Source: Amoebophrya sp. A120 (Eukaryota > Protista > Dinoflagellata). Taken from it: 64,000 nucleotides of DNA. Below are positions 1-13,881 of this stretch, piece by piece. Every line of letters begins with the position of its first letter. Within the stretch, counting starts at the first letter, position 1. Location of the stretch: NCBI GenBank assembly GCA_905178155.1, contig CAJINV010000009.1, positions 3,466,768-3,530,767 on the forward strand. Direction: 5' to 3'. Below the pieces are notes generated by a model. That model searched no databases. It was not told the DNA's origin and saw only the letters and a program-made list of their open reading frames with translations. Position numbers and translations under genes: made by a program.

Positions 1-1496
1 TGGGAGGCAATGCAGAGCATTTCCAAAAAGGGTGTGCTTGCAGATTTGGGGCAAGCAGGGTCTGCGCAGGACGCGACGGACCGAGCGCCCGATGAAACCA
101 CGAACAGGGGTCTGTCATTTTTCCAAACATTTCTCCTTGCGTAGGAGATCATCTTCACGAAGCTTGCGTGGAGGTGGCCTGCGACTCGCGTCGAATCTAA
201 AGTGTTGTCGTGGTGGCCCGTTCATTGTTGAATACAAATAGAACTACTTCCACTTCGGGCGTATTGGCGTTTTTTTCGATATTCTGAGCCCCCTGCAGTG
301 TCGGATGTTCAGGCACATGTCTAGAGTGACTAAATAATAGGTCTGCTGTTCTTGTTCTATGTAGGATTACTTAGTTTGTTTTTTACATTGAATTTCAATT
401 TTTTTGTACCTAGACCTACTTCACCAACTTCTCTTCAGCCTCCATCAGCCACTGCTACCCTATTATACACTTACGCATCCATGTTTTGAATTAAGTATTC
501 GATGAGGTCTCGTTTTGATTTCGTACCAACGCTTGCTGTTCGGGCTCTAAAAGCAAAACCGATCCTATTTTTATGAAACCTCCCACCCTACACCAGACGA
601 CTTTTACCAGACCAGGACCAACCAGAGAAAGAGCCCAAAGCCCCGCTGCAATCTGGATGAGGGACGATGAAACCTCCATACAGGGCAGGGCAGTTGCTCT
701 ACATTGATGTAAGCGGGGCGGTGTTGCTGCTGGTGATGATGTAGATGCTCGCGTTGATTGACAAGTAAAACGAAAAGGAAGAGCATATTTGTGCTTGTCC
801 GGTTGCGATCGGTGTCGTACAGAAGTACTCAGTTACAACTTCATTGAATCTTTCCTCGCTCCCTGCTTGTCGATGTCGTTCTAACGCATACGAGATCTTC
901 AAGATAGAGATATGAAAAGACAAAGAAAAGGTTAAAATAAAGCACGTGCGAAACAAAATCGTAATCTTTCTTCGTTTTTCTCTTTTGCTTGGTCGCAATC
1001 GTCACGACCCAGTGAAAGTCGTCTTTCGTCCCTGTGTCAAAATCACTTCAGCTTCGTTCAACTGCAACAACTTCTCGTTCCACAGCAACACAGAGCTCGC
1101 TCAGGAGCTTCACCTTTCTATCTTGATCGTCCCACCTTCGTCGGCTCTTGTGCTGGGCAACAATTTTTTTTTGCGTTTTTTCCGGCTTGGTATGTTTTTT
1201 GTCTATGAGTCACTCTCAATTAAGAAGTTCACAGGGTCTCAGCGATATTCAACTAAGACGAGTTTACCCTGACTCATTTTGCGGTTTTATTTGTGTAAAG
1301 AAAAAGAGATTTGAACTTCTAGTATTCCCATTTCGTCACGACGGTCGCTACCGAAAGGACCATACTTTCAGCCTTACTTTACACGACGACTTGGAGTTTT
1401 CATTCTTGCGCTTAGATCCTCTTGTCTTTCTGCTTCTGGACTGTCCTACGTATTATTTTTCGCCAACACAACCCTTCGAAGTCTTTGTCTTAAACA

Positions 1497-4400
1497 ATGT
1501 CGTCCATGATCCAGCCCCCCGTGATGGCGGCGAGCCTGCTGGAGCACGCGCAGCGCGAGATTGTATCAAATGCAAAAATGTCTGGCTCTGAGAGATTGCG
1601 AGACTTGTCATGCTTGTGTGGCATGACCAAAAAGTTTGTAATGCGTGGCCAAGAAGAGACCCTTTTGCTTGTCATGCAGCAACGCAGTTTGTCATGCGAA
1701 AAACGCAACACAAAGAAGCGCAGATATTTCTCGTCATGCTTGGCTGTGCATTACAGAGCATTCACTATTCCCAACGCAGCATTACAAGTTTCCAGACCCA
1801 GACACTTTTGCATTTGATAGATTGAGCTTTTCGCCGATGAAGCTGTGGCGAAGATCAACGACGACATGGTCCAGAAGGAGGGCATATGGATTGCAAAAGT
1901 ATCGTACTCGTATAAATGCATTACAAATTTCCTCACCATGAGAAATAAAATTTGTAATGCAGATTTGCCTTGGGAACAAGATTTGTAATGCAAGACTTGC
2001 ATTTGTACGAGTGCGATACTTTTGCACAGGATAGGGCAAGAAAACGGTGGACACGCTCAACAAGGCGATTCCAGCGTAAGAATTTTTGTTTTTTCTTTTC
2101 TAACCACAACTAGGATACTATGGCATTGTCGTGCATGACGAATGCTTTGCTTTATGCCATGCATGCATGACAAAGCGTAAGCGAATTCATAATCATATTT
2201 CGTAATTCAAAATCTCCAGCTGGCTCGCCATGCTGCTGAAGGAACAGTACGACATTCTGACGACCCGCATGACGCAGGCCTTCTCGCACATGCTACAAGG
2301 GTTGCAGGCGGATCTGCTCGAGTCGGCCAAAGCGGACGACAAACGCATGCGGGATTACGTGCAGAACTTTTTCCAGAAACTTTCCATCGCGGCCGACGTA
2401 CGGCGGCTGAAGACCCAGATGGAACAGGCGCAGTTGGACATCTATGAGAATCTCAGATCGGTTACCTTCTCAACTGTTGCATGAATTTGTCATGCAAAAC
2501 TACCATGATACATCATGAACATGATCATCCACACGATCAAGCTGCTTCGCATGACAAATTTGCAAAGGGCTAAACAGCACCTAAATGATCTGTGCGGAAT
2601 TTGTAATGCTACAGGGGCAGCAACCTCCCCCCTTTGACTTTTGCTATTTTTGCATTACAAATTCGCGTAACTGTTGAGAATCTAAACTGATTTGGGAACG
2701 CCATAACATCCGGAGACTCCAGCAGGACTACGAATCCAATATCAAGAACGGACTGCAGCCCGATGTGGAGAAGGCGGAAATCCAGATTGCGGACTTGATT
2801 TCCATATTCTGAGTAAAAACGTCCCCACCACAGAGTCAAGATGGGGATTTTGCAACACAAACCTTGAAGTTTTGGGAACCACGCATGACAAATTGCAGGC
2901 TGTAGTGTAGTGCAGTTTAGCAAGGGAAGCCGCATCACAAATTCATCTCCTTATCCTGTTTATAGCATTACAAGTTCCAAAACACGATTGGAAATTCTTC
3001 TCGTGGGGATGCGCATGACAAGCGCTCTGGTGCTTGCAGATCTGCATTACAACTCTGGGGTGGGTACGTTTTTACATAGGATATTCCAACGTGAATCGCA
3101 TCGAAAACGACAAGATGGTGGAGGAGGTGCACATATGCATTGCAAAAGTCTGCTCGTACAACTAGTATAAATCGCATGACAAATTGGCTCAGCATTACAA
3201 ATGTAATTTGTAATGCGGATTTCCCTTTATTACTAGATTTGTAATGCATGACTGCGATTACAACTACGAGTGCGATGCTTTTGCATTGGATAGCACAAAT
3301 TGGAGGACAAAATCCTTCTAGAGGGGGAGAAGGTGTTAGACATTGTCGAAACAAAAACGGTCGCTCTGAAAGCGTGGCAACGAGACAAAATGAAGGAGTT
3401 CCAGGACCAAACCACCGACAAAGTGGACAAGTTCGAGGAGAAAGTCGACGTGAAATTGAAAACGTACGAAACTTCGAACAAAAACCAGTGGCTCTGGAAC
3501 GTGCACCAGCACTGCTACGCGGAAGCAGACGCGGAGAAAGACGACCCGGCGAACCTGATCCTGGACTACAGTACCGCCTCGATCAATTCCGCCGGTCCGC
3601 ACCCGCCGCGCTTGGTCCCGAAAACGGTGTTGGCAAAGAAGCAGCAGTATGAGCTCCCAACCGAAACAGTGGCGTTGAAGGAGCACAACGTGTTAACTGA
3701 CACGGGAATCACCCCCACCGAGTTGAACAAACAGCAAGTCCTCTATTCGCAAGATTTCTTCTTCTGCATGGTGCCCAATTGCTACTTGAAACTGATCATC
3801 GGGGAGGAAGTTTGTCACGCGACCGTGGAGGAAAAAAGACAGGCGAGCGCTACGACCTCCACTTCGCAGCCGCGCCGGGTCGTGGGGTGTTACCTGGTCT
3901 TGCAGTTTCCGATATGCATTGCAAATATGTCTGGGTCTGGAAACTTGTGATGCAAGTCCGTGAACAATAAATGCTCTGTAATGCGCCGCCAACCATGACA
4001 AGTTTTTTCGTGCTTGTGTGCTGCGTATTTCGCATGAGAAACTGCGCTTTTGCATCACAGGCAAGCGGGCCTCTTGGTGGCCACGCAATACAGAGTGCAG
4101 AGTCATGCCAGACTAGCATGACAAATCTCGCGATATTCCAGACCCAGACATACTTGCATTTGATATCCGAAGGAGGTGGATTACGAAAGGTCCACGATCC
4201 GTGTCGAGATGAACATGAACGGGCTGCTATCTTGAGTAAAAGCGTCCCTACACCAGAGTCAAGATGCGAAATCCACTATACAAATCCACCAGCTTTGGTT
4301 GTTTCGCATGACAAGTTTGTCATCATAGTGTAATCCTGTTTAGCTAGTTCAGAAGCATCACAGATCCAGCATATCCTGCTGATTCTAGCATCACAACTTC

Positions 4401-7400
4401 CAAAACACGAATAGAAAACGCTTCTCATGGGGATGCGCATTACAAACGTTCTTGTGCTTGCAGATCTGCATGACAACTCTGGGGTGGCGACGTTTTTACA
4501 CAGGATAACTCCCTGCGATTTCGGACGGCCGCGGGCCGCGGTTCGTGCAGCAGTTGAACCGCGTGACGGAAATCGGGTTTCCGAATCTCGTATGAACTGC
4601 AAATACGTCTGGGTCTGGGAGAATGCGAGATTTGTCATGCTAGTCTGGCATGACTCTAAACTCTGTATTGCGTGAGCGCGAAGAGCTCTCCTTGTCTGTC
4701 ATGCAAAAACTAAAACGCAGTTTCTCATGCGGAGCACGCAACTCTGAACCACGGAAAGACTTGTCATGCTGGGCAGGGCATTAAGTTGCGCTCACTCTTC
4801 CCTTTCTTGCATCACAAGTTTCCAGACCCAGACATATTTGCGATTGATAGCACGGTGTGGCGAACGTCTTGCGGAAGGGGAAGATTGCGATCGAACTGTT
4901 GACGTTGGAGTTGGATTTTATCCAAGAAAAAAACGTTGTTAGTGTAAATTTGTGATGCGCAACACGCAAGATGATTGCGTCTGTCATGCTTGGCATGCGT
5001 CATAGGTTCCATCAAAGGGCATTTTCCCGTACTATCTGCGCATGACAGGTTTTTGCTGTCATGCCAGACAAATTTGTAATGCTGTTCCTCCAGAAAAGTT
5101 ACACCTACAATGTTTTTTTCTTGGATAGATTTGAAATGGAGACTACTACCCGGTTTAAACGAGACGCAAAGGCAAGTCGACGCGCGTTCGACGTTGAACC
5201 AGGAGATTATGGAAGTGTCAGAATCGAAATTGACAAAATCGAAATGATTTGCCATGCATAAAATGGATTCCAGCTCGAACCCAGTTTCTAAGTTGCGCAT
5301 CACAAATTCTGGTGGTGCCTAAGTCCACTTTGTAATGCTGTTTAGGCAAAGAAGACAGGAGATTCTCTCATGCTGCTTTAGCAGCTCGAGCTATTACCCC
5401 AAACACGCTTACAATCGGCCTCACTTGCCTGCTCTGCAACACACGTATTTCGCGTCATGCATCTTATGCATCACAAATTTTTCGATTTTGTCAATTTCGA
5501 TCCTGACAGTTCCATAGAAATTGAGATCATGAGGGGGCGGAACGTGAAGTCGGTTTCCTGGCAGATTCCCAACATCCTGAACATTTTAGATTCCCCGGAC
5601 GAGGAAGTGAGGACGGCACCCATTATCTCCCCCTCGTTCACCTTAGCCGGGATCGACCAAGTCCAGTTCATTTTCTACCCGAACGGCTACCAACCGGCGT
5701 ACCAGGACGCGTGTGGGTTGTTTCTCTGCTGTCCGCGCGGGGGGTGCTACTTGAAGGCCGAGGTGTCCATTGGGGGACTGGCGAAAAACACGAGATTGTA
5801 CCAACACGAATACACGAACAAAGAGTTGACTTACGGCAGGGGGTCCTTCTGCAACGTGTACGACGGGATAGACAAAGTGACAAACACAATTGAAATCACG
5901 GCGAAGGTGTTGGACGGGTACCAGTACAAAACGAAGTTAGGGGAGGCGGACAAGAGTATCAAAAGGAAAAATCCCCCCTCCTCCCCATAATCAAAACGAA
6001 GTTTCTGATGCTGGATTTGCGTACACAAATCCGATTTGTCTTGCAGTAAGGCACTGCGGCCAGATGATCCGCAGTCTAGGTGGGAGCGTTTGGGTATAGT
6101 TGTTCAGCATTGCAAACAGCTACCCTCTAGGACCAGCAGCATGCCAAATCGTTTCCGCAATTGGTCGGATGCCTCTGCGCTTGTCTTCTTGCAAGACAAA
6201 CCTGATTTGTGGTCGCAAATCAGCAACGCAAATTTTCGGAAATATACCTGTTCAATATGGGGAGGGGGGATTTTTCCTCTCGATAAAGAGTCTTTTGAAA
6301 GTCTGCCTCCACCCGTCCGTGGACGGAATTCAGGAGATCAAGGCGTTATTTGGTGCGGAAACCGACGATGTGGAAAAAGCTCGGGCACGGCAGGCGTTCC
6401 GGAACACCAGTCTAGCGTCCAAAGGGATCATATCGAATGCAAAAACATCTGGGTCTGGAAGGTTGGAACCTGTGATGCTAACTCTGGACTCTAAAAAAAT
6501 CTGTAGTGCATGACCAGCGATGGGAGTCTAGCTTCTGCTACGCGGAGAGGGCGTTTGCCATGCGGAATAGGCATCAGGAAGCCCTCTAAAAATCTGTGAT
6601 GCTAGGTCGTGCATTACAGACATCCTGGGTCATGCAAAACATGCATGACAAGTGCAAGTCTCAGAACCTTCCAGACCCAGACATTTTTGCATTTGATAGA
6701 TCAACAACGTCGGGTCAAGTCCGCGGTTGGGCCAAGAACGTATGGCGTTCTCAAACGTTACATTCTCAACTGTTACGGATTTGGCACGGATTTGGATGCT
6801 GTTTAGCCCTTCGGAGATTTGTCATGCCAAGCAGCTTGATCATCTACCGGCTCAAGGTAGTTTTGCATGACAAATTCATGTAACAGGTCAGAATGTAACG
6901 TTTGAGAACGCCATAGAACGGGGACCGTCGCCGGACTCTGAAACACGGAAGATGAAAAAGTCGCAGTCCGGTTCCCCGCTCGGCTTCGGCGGTCATTTGT
7001 CCATCGGGAAAACGGCAAAGAACGAGAAATTCCACCTCTCCCCAAACCAGTTGGAAAAAACCTCGAAGATCAACAACCAACTGCCCCCGATTGTCACGCC
7101 CGGTGGGCAGTCGTCGCCTGTGAATCAGAAAAGAGCGAGGATTTTGAACAACAAACTCGAGCAGAGTCCCATTCTCGCGAAGGAGCTGAAGCGCCAGCAG
7201 TTGGAGCAGAAGGAGAAGGAGTTGGAGAGAAGGAAAATGGAGCGGAAACAGGAGCAAACGAATCGGGCGATGCTGAATTGGAAAAAGGTGAAAAAGATCG
7301 TGGAGAAGATGTCCTTATCAAATGCAAATATGTCTGGGTCCGTCTGGGAGATTGCGAGCTTTGTCATGCTAGTCTTGCATGACTCCGAACATTGATTGTA

Positions 7401-10400
7401 TTGCGTGGCCGCAAAGAGCTCCTCTGGGCTGTCATGCAAAAACGCAGCTTCTCATGCGGCGATCGCAACTCAGAAGCTCACCGGAAAACTTGTCATGCTC
7501 GGCAGCGCATTACAGTGATGTGCTCACTATTCGCTTCCTTGCATCACAGGTTTCCAGACCCAGACACATTTGCAATGCATAGTCCTACGTCAGACGGATG
7601 AAAACACGGGAGATGCTGGATCGGGATAGAGAACGGGGGGAATTCCGCTGGATGAACCAATATTGGGAAGAAGTTTTCGGCAACGATGACGAGTGGCAAT
7701 TTGACCCGGTCGCGAATAAGAAGCGGAAACAGCAGCAGATGCTTGCGGAAACCTTGGAAGCCGGATTGTCGTCCCTATTGACCGCGATCGGCGAGGTGAA
7801 GGCGGAACCGGATAAACTGCCGTTATTGTTAAAAATATCAAATGTAAAAATGTCTGGGTCTGGAAGATTGCCAGGTTTGTCATGCACGTTTTGCATGACT
7901 CCTGATGTCTGTGATGCATGCCCTAGCATCACAGATTTTTTGAGGGCCTCGCGATGCCTATTCCGCATGACAAATGCCCTCTCCGCGTAGCAAAAATTGC
8001 ACTCCCTTTGCTGCTCATGCAATACAGATTTTTTTGGAATCCAAACTCAGCATCACAAGTTGCATTCTTCCAGACCCAGACACTTTTACATTTGATAAAA
8101 AACTGTCGGGGACGATTTGAAGGGGGTGATGGGAGAGGTGGCGGAAGTAATGGTGGCGATCGAGAATCCTGAGAATGTAGTCGTGGACGAGGAGGGAGAG
8201 GTTCGGGTGGAAAAGAAGCCGGGAGATTTGAAGAAAAAGAAGAGGAAAAAACAGACACGGGTTGCAGCTGCTGGCAACGAAGATGTCATCAACTGTGAGA
8301 TCTTAGGCGAAGAGGAGGAGGATGAAGAGCAAGACTCTGATGCGGAGGACGACATTGCGGAGGCGCTTTTCGAAATCGAAACAAAGGACTTTGAGGTCGA
8401 ACATAACGAAAAGTTGAGAAGGCGGAGCCGAAGCCCCAAAGCAGGAACAAATGCGAGTAGCAAAGCCAACAGTCGAAAGCAGTCGCCGGGGTCGCCGCAC
8501 AGTGCTTCCAAATCCCCGCATGGGGGCTTCCGCGACAACAATTCATCTACAAGGCCAGCACCAGGGATGAAAAGTAAATCACCGAAAGCTAGTACCTCTG
8601 GGAACAAGAAACCAGTCCCAACCGGCGGCGTCGCCATTCCCGCACAGAAGAAACCGGCAACTACGACATCCCAAACCGACACGTGGCCAAACCCGCTTCC
8701 ACCCAAACCGGAAAATGAAAACAAGCCGAACATCGACGGGCCGGTCCCACCGCCGGTCAACATCTACCCGCCGAACGAACCGCAGGAGGCGACGGTTTTG
8801 TACCACCCGCATGGCTATGCATTGCAAATATGTCTGGGTCTGCAAGATTGCAAGTACGTCTGCATCCTGCAAAAATCTGTGTTGCATGATTACCAAACGT
8901 TGTCCACTTTTGCCTAAGTCCAGAGGCAGTTTCTCATGCAGGAGCGGCATGATAGAGATCTCACAGGGCGGTCTGTCATGCTGGGTCCAGTATGCCAGAC
9001 CTCAGGGGTCATGGATTTTCTGCATGACAAGTCTTGCATTCTTCCCGACCAAGACAGATTTGCAATGCATAATGGCGAAGAGCACTACCGGGACGAGTTG
9101 TATTGGGAATCGAAGTATCACATGTAAAAATGTCTGGGTCTGGAAGGGTACGCCGTTTGTCGTGCACATTTTGCATGATCCGTGATGTCTGTGGTGCATG
9201 CCCTAGCGTCACAGATTTTGTCACGGCTTTCTGATGCTCATACTGCATGAAAAATGCCCACTCCGCGTAGGAAATAGTGGGCCTCTTTTGCGGTTCATGC
9301 AACACAGATTTTACGTGTAATCCGTAGGCAGCATCACAAGTTGCCATCTTCCAGACCCAGACATTTTTGCATTTGATACGAAGGGCGAAGTCTTCCCCAT
9401 CAACCGGTTCGCCGAGTATTCCCGGCCCTACAACGAGAAAGCGCGACAGGCGGATGTGGATTGGAAGGAACGGGTGAGGGAAAAGGAGGAAAAGCTCGGG
9501 CGGAAATCGTTCCAAATGTCGGATAGAGACCGTGACATTGCGGTTACGACGGAAGAAAAGTTTTACGACAAGGATGGGAAGGAGATCATCGAGATGAACA
9601 AGGAAAGCCAGCACGAAGAGATGGCCCGGACGTTCAACACAACGTCTGTCGATTTAGAGGGTAGTTCGGAAAATAATCCTTTGAACCAACTCCCGACGGA
9701 GGTCCAGCAATTAACTTACCCGGAAGACAATTCCCAATTTTTGAACACGACCTATTTTGAATACGATCCGACCATGGGTTTTGTGTACCAATTCGACCCG
9801 AACCGGTCCGACGGGTTTCCGATAGCACGGTTGACGGCGGAGAAATACCGGGAGTTTTACTACGAGGAGATGGAGAAGGGGATGATTAGCTCCGAGAACG
9901 AGAAGTCCTTCCCTCTCCCGCCGGCACATTTGCTAGACACGATTGAGGAGAAAGAGGAGGAAATAAGCGGTGCTCAACTACAGCAGACGGCAGAAGGTGG
10001 TGATGGTACTTCTAGTGGAGGTCAAGATCATGCACCGGAGGCAATTGACGCCCCAGCAGCCGGTGCAGCTGCAGCTGCTGGTGCACCTGCGCTGTACTAC
10101 CCATCCCCGTTTGCGTCGGATTCGGATGGGGAACAGGAGCACGTTGTTGAGCCTTCTGCTTCACTCGGTCAACCAGTCGTCGCAGCCACGATCTCCGGCG
10201 ACGCCAGTCCGCGGATTTGGCGGGACATCCCTGTACCGATTACGTCGATGGAGGAGTTACAAAACGCGACCTTCTCCAACACGTTCACCACGAGCGGGCA
10301 GCGCTCCTCCCGGAACACAAACACCTTCACGCTGACGAATACAAACACCTTCACGTTCTGCTCAAATGCCGATCAAGAGTGTGCTCAGGATGATGACCTT

Positions 10401-13087
10401 GAAGAGAACCCCCAACGCACGACGTTTGATGAGGAGGAAGCCTGCGCCAATTTTCCTTCCCTCCTCCTTTCCCCCACCGACGAAGCAGGGAAGGAAATCA
10501 TTGAGGGCGAGCATAGCGAGGTCCTGAAACTCCCAAATTCTATTCTCCAGAAACCGGCGAAGCGGGTGAGAACGCGGCAAATTTCGACTGGGGAGGTTTT
10601 AATTTACGATGAGTCGCAGTTGAAAAAACTGGTCGAACAGAAATTTCAAGCGAACGACGGTAGGAATTACTGTGGAGAGATGGCGACCAGCATGATTGAG
10701 GTGGACGACTTCTACCCGCGAGACGACAGTCATATACTAGTGTCTGACAAAGCAACCGGGCAAACCAGTTTGAAGAGACAAGACCAGGCGGGTGTCTTGC
10801 GCGGGAAATTGTTCAGTGCGAAAGTGTTGCGGTCCGCCTCACCGAAAGCAGACTCGTTTACGACGATGAATTCCCCCAGGATGTTGAATTACGTGCCTGA
10901 AAAATCCACCGCGTTGTCACAGTCGCCCAAATGTTCTTCACCTGGCAGGACTAAATCCCTCTCCGCCTCCCCGTTGAGCCCGATCAGCTTGATGTCCGAG
11001 AGAATCGTGGAAAAGACGCGGCTACAGGCGATGGAGGAATTGGATATCGAACAGCCGGAGATGGCGTTGAAAAAGGAGCAAAATCTGCTGATGAAACCAA
11101 ACAGATTGATTCACGACGCCAGAATAAATACAAGTTCGAACAAGCTTCATCATCTCCGCGGCACCGCTTCCGCCACTTTTTCCTCCTCCGCAGCGAGCAC
11201 CATGCTGGGAGGTTCGCCTTCTTCCCGCGCCACACGGATTCTCTACGACGATCACTTGAGAAAAACCCTCGACCAGCAATCCGACCCGCGGTTTTACGAC
11301 ACGTTTTTCCCAAAATCCTACAAAAGGTCCGAGCAGGCGGAGAAGTTTGATAGAGCCGTGAAGAAAATCTTGGGGTTGACCGTGAAACAGTTGGTGGAAA
11401 GAGCGGCTGTGAAAAATAACATCCGGGTTGGGAAAGCGGGCCAGATTGAGGAGTTTGATCAGCATTTGCACTGTGAAGTGGAGGAGGACAGGTTTATTCA
11501 GCAACTACCACTAACAAAAGAGAACCGGGGGCTGTTCATGAACGAAAAGCAGAAGCAGATGGAGAAGAAGAATCCGTTTTTTTCCAGTAAATGGAATTTC
11601 GGCAGTGAGGACAAATTAGACGTCAATTTGGTTAAAGAGGAGGAACGAATGCGGGCGAACAGGGAGAAGTATGAAAAAGACGAGGAGGGGACAGTAGATG
11701 CTGGTAAAGAACAAGATCAGGACATCATCGACGCGTTGAAAAAGGCGGTTTTGCTAGGGACAATCGACGACGAGGATACTGTGGGCAAAGAACAAGCTGC
11801 TGACAAAGCGGATCATCCGGACGCCGCAACAGAAGTTTTTCCATCCTCGGGTGCTTTCGTACGATCTGCATCCAAGCCAAAACAACCGGTCCCGCTTCGC
11901 GACGGGACGCTTCGCATGATGCACGGTATCGGCATGCCGGTCCCCGAGGCGATCGGGCACCGCTATCGGGATAGAAACTACAGCCTGCGCAAGCAGAAAA
12001 AATCCGCTGAAGAAGTTCTAGCGGAAGCGGGAACGAAGTTTGACCTTACGACGGCGAAGAGTAAAGTGGAAAGAGATGAAACACACCAGGAGCAAGAATT
12101 ACCTCATCATACTGGTGATCACCCAGGTGACAGCAGCAGTGCGTCGACTTCTGCGAAGAAAAGGGCGTTTTTGAAGAATCCAAAACGGTCGAATTCCTTC
12201 GAGTTCCCGCGGTCCGGGAATGATAGAAAGGAAAAGTTGAAAGACGTGAAGAAATTCGAAAAGGAGTACGATCTAGCCAGGAAGGGGGACTACCCTTTTC
12301 TGCGCGCCCCGGCGAAGGACGAGGAGTTTTTAGCGCATAAGTTGGAACTAGAATTAGACGAGGCCGGAGATCGAGCGGTGACGCCGGAAGCAACGCGGGC
12401 TAGTATGGACAAGAAGGTGGAGCGAGAGATTCTGGAGAAAATCAACGGCAACGGCTCGCACTACAAGAGGTCGCCGTATGGGATAAGTCAGGTGAATTAC
12501 AACAGCTATTTGGGGGAATTACGGAAGAAGGAAATGGAGCAAATGTTTCACCAGGACAAATTGTTCTCGCTGCACCCGAATAAAGGCGCTGGGGGAACTG
12601 GTAGTAAAACAAGTGGTGGGCGTGTAGTCGTGAAGGAGCAAAGCATGACAAAGTCGGCTAGTACAGGGACAATAGCAACACAAAGCTCACCTAGAAGTAG
12701 TACACAGCGCAAGAGGTTAACGGAACAGAGTTTGAAGGAAGATCGGAGTCTTTTTCTCCAGTTCCAATATCAACTGTAAAAATGTCTGGGTCTGGAAGAA
12801 TCCAACTTGTCATGCTGATTTTGGATTCTAAAAAAATCTGTATTGCATGAGCAGCAAAGAAAGTCAAGCTTTGCTACACGGAAAGGGCATTTGTCATGCG
12901 GTATAGGCATCAGGAAGCCCTCACAAAATCAGTGATGCTAGGGCATGCATCACAGACATCAGGAGTCATGCAAAATGTGCATGACAAACCTGACAATCTT
13001 CCAAACCCAGACATTTTTACATTTGATATCCAAGCCGACGATATGATGTTGAAGGACCGGGGGGACAGTGGGAAGGCGAAATATTAG
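1497..13087 (+). CDS. Large (~2286 aa) protein with coiled-coil N-terminus, MATH/TRAF-like domain (~5522-5956) and long low-complexity C-terminus; 18 introner introns plus 1 GT-AG intron (2076-2219)
   Basis: Removing each TAT..ATA element plus one 5-bp DR gives one continuous frame from ATG 1497 to TAG 13087 (6861 nt, divisible by 3). SVSWQIPN..SPSFTLAG..FIFYPNG..CGLFL resembles a MATH domain. Confidence 0.75.
1564..1819. mobile_element. Introner family A (TIR TATCAAATGCAAAAATGTCTGGGTCTGGAA type)
   Basis: TAT..ATA; DR gattg; removal gives QREI/ELFADE. Confidence 0.9.
1885..2033. mobile_element. Introner family B (TIR ..TGCAAAAGTATCGTACT)
   Basis: DR gggca; frame restored. Confidence 0.9.
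2443..2705. mobile_element. Introner family C (TIR TATGGCGTTCTCAAA type)
   Basis: DR acatc; frame restored. Confidence 0.85.
2805..3083. mobile_element. Introner family D (TIR ..GTAAAAACGTACCCACCCCAGAG)
   Basis: DR ttcca; frame restored. Confidence 0.9.
3134..3292. mobile_element. Introner family B
   Basis: DR gcaca; frame restored. Confidence 0.9.
3913..4165. mobile_element. Introner family A
   Basis: DR tccga; frame restored. Confidence 0.9.
4228..4507. mobile_element. Introner family D
   Basis: DR gctgc/actcc (both differences synonymous); frame restored. Confidence 0.85.
4591..4849. mobile_element. Introner family A
   Basis: DR diverged, tctcg/gcacg; frame restored. Confidence 0.85.
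4919..5127. mobile_element. Introner family E (TIR TATCCAAGAAAAAAAC)
   Basis: DR gattt; frame restored. Confidence 0.88.
5208..5516. mobile_element. Introner family F (TIR TATGGAAGTGTCAGAATCGAAATTGACAAAATCG)
   Basis: DR gagat/gaaat; frame restored. Confidence 0.88.
5957..6285. mobile_element. Introner family G (TIR TATCAAAAGGAAAAATCCCCCCTCC)
   Basis: DR aagag; frame restored. Confidence 0.9.
6431..6698. mobile_element. Introner family A
   Basis: DR gatca; frame restored. Confidence 0.9.
6741..6915. mobile_element. Introner family C
   Basis: Long perfect TIR; DR gaacg; frame restored. Confidence 0.9.
7316..7581. mobile_element. Introner family A
   Basis: DR gtcct; frame restored. Confidence 0.9.
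7836..8097. mobile_element. Introner family A (opposite orientation to 6431)
   Basis: DR aaaaa, so no GT or AG is obtainable by sliding the junction; frame restored. Confidence 0.9.
8816..9071. mobile_element. Introner family A
   Basis: DR atggc; frame restored. Confidence 0.9.
9116..9378. mobile_element. Introner family A
   Basis: DR cgaag; joins to the 1107-aa ORF. Confidence 0.9.
12768..13028. mobile_element. Introner family A
   Basis: DR tccaa; last intron of gene 1. Confidence 0.9.
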
Positions 13088-13881
13088 GAAAAGAGAAAGA
13101 CATGGAGGACAGATTTTATTTAAAGTTTACACATAGAACTAGAAGAAAAGCTGTGTCGTTTCTGGCATCTGGCATGCATACCAAATTTACGTTTTTCAAG
13201 TATGGTTTCTTTTTTCAAGCAATACAGCATTTCTGCAGCCTACTTTTTAGCTACCCCTCTAGTTTGAAAATTCTTTCTGTATAATTTTTTGTGTTGCAAG
13301 AAGTCCAAGCGCAAGTCCAAGTTGTCCATGCCTCCCAAAGGTACTGCGTAATTTGGAAAATGCACGAGCCTATGACCCATTCCCAGTTTTTGCCAAGAGC
13401 TTGCCGAAGATCAGAAGCATGCAGCAGACCAGATGGTCGTGTTGACTATCATGATTCATTGTCATGTTCTTTGGCTAGAAGTTCTCGAAAAGCGAAGGAA
13501 GGTCCGGATCAAATTCCCACCGATCATGAACACGACAACCTGATCTTCCAACCGCTCAGTTCTGAATTTGTTCTCGGATCGAAATTCACGATCATGTATC
13601 AGATTTGAATCGTTGATTGAAGCTCCTACATGCAGATCATCGTCAGAGTAGCACCCACCTCAAATGATCGCGATTCATTCAAACACGATCGCAAAGTCTG
13701 TGAACAAGTAGTCCTCTTTTCTGCTACTTCAACCAGCGACCTCCAGGCGATATGCTCGATGTGGCGACTTTTGTTTGTTGAGTTTGAGCAGTAGTGTTGT
13801 TTGTTTTTGTATTCAGATTTTCAACTCCACAAGAAGGTGTAGCGGCTACGTCTGTTCTTGCTCTCAGCTGAAAAAATAACC

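Noticed and set aside
1-1496. Genes or RNA genes in the first 1.5 kb and in 49.2-51.4 kb
   Set aside because: Only short ORFs without motifs; no tRNA or rRNA signatures recognised.
9456-12779. 1107-aa ORF as a standalone gene or as the transposase for the elements
   Set aside because: It starts at GTG, joins upstream exons in frame and has no DDE, RT or recombinase motifs; it is a large exon of gene 1. No autonomous element was found in the window.
1497-13087. Pseudogenes destroyed by MITE insertions, or an alternative genetic code
   Set aside because: Exons have no stops or frameshifts after element removal; in-frame stops fall only inside the elements and other introns.
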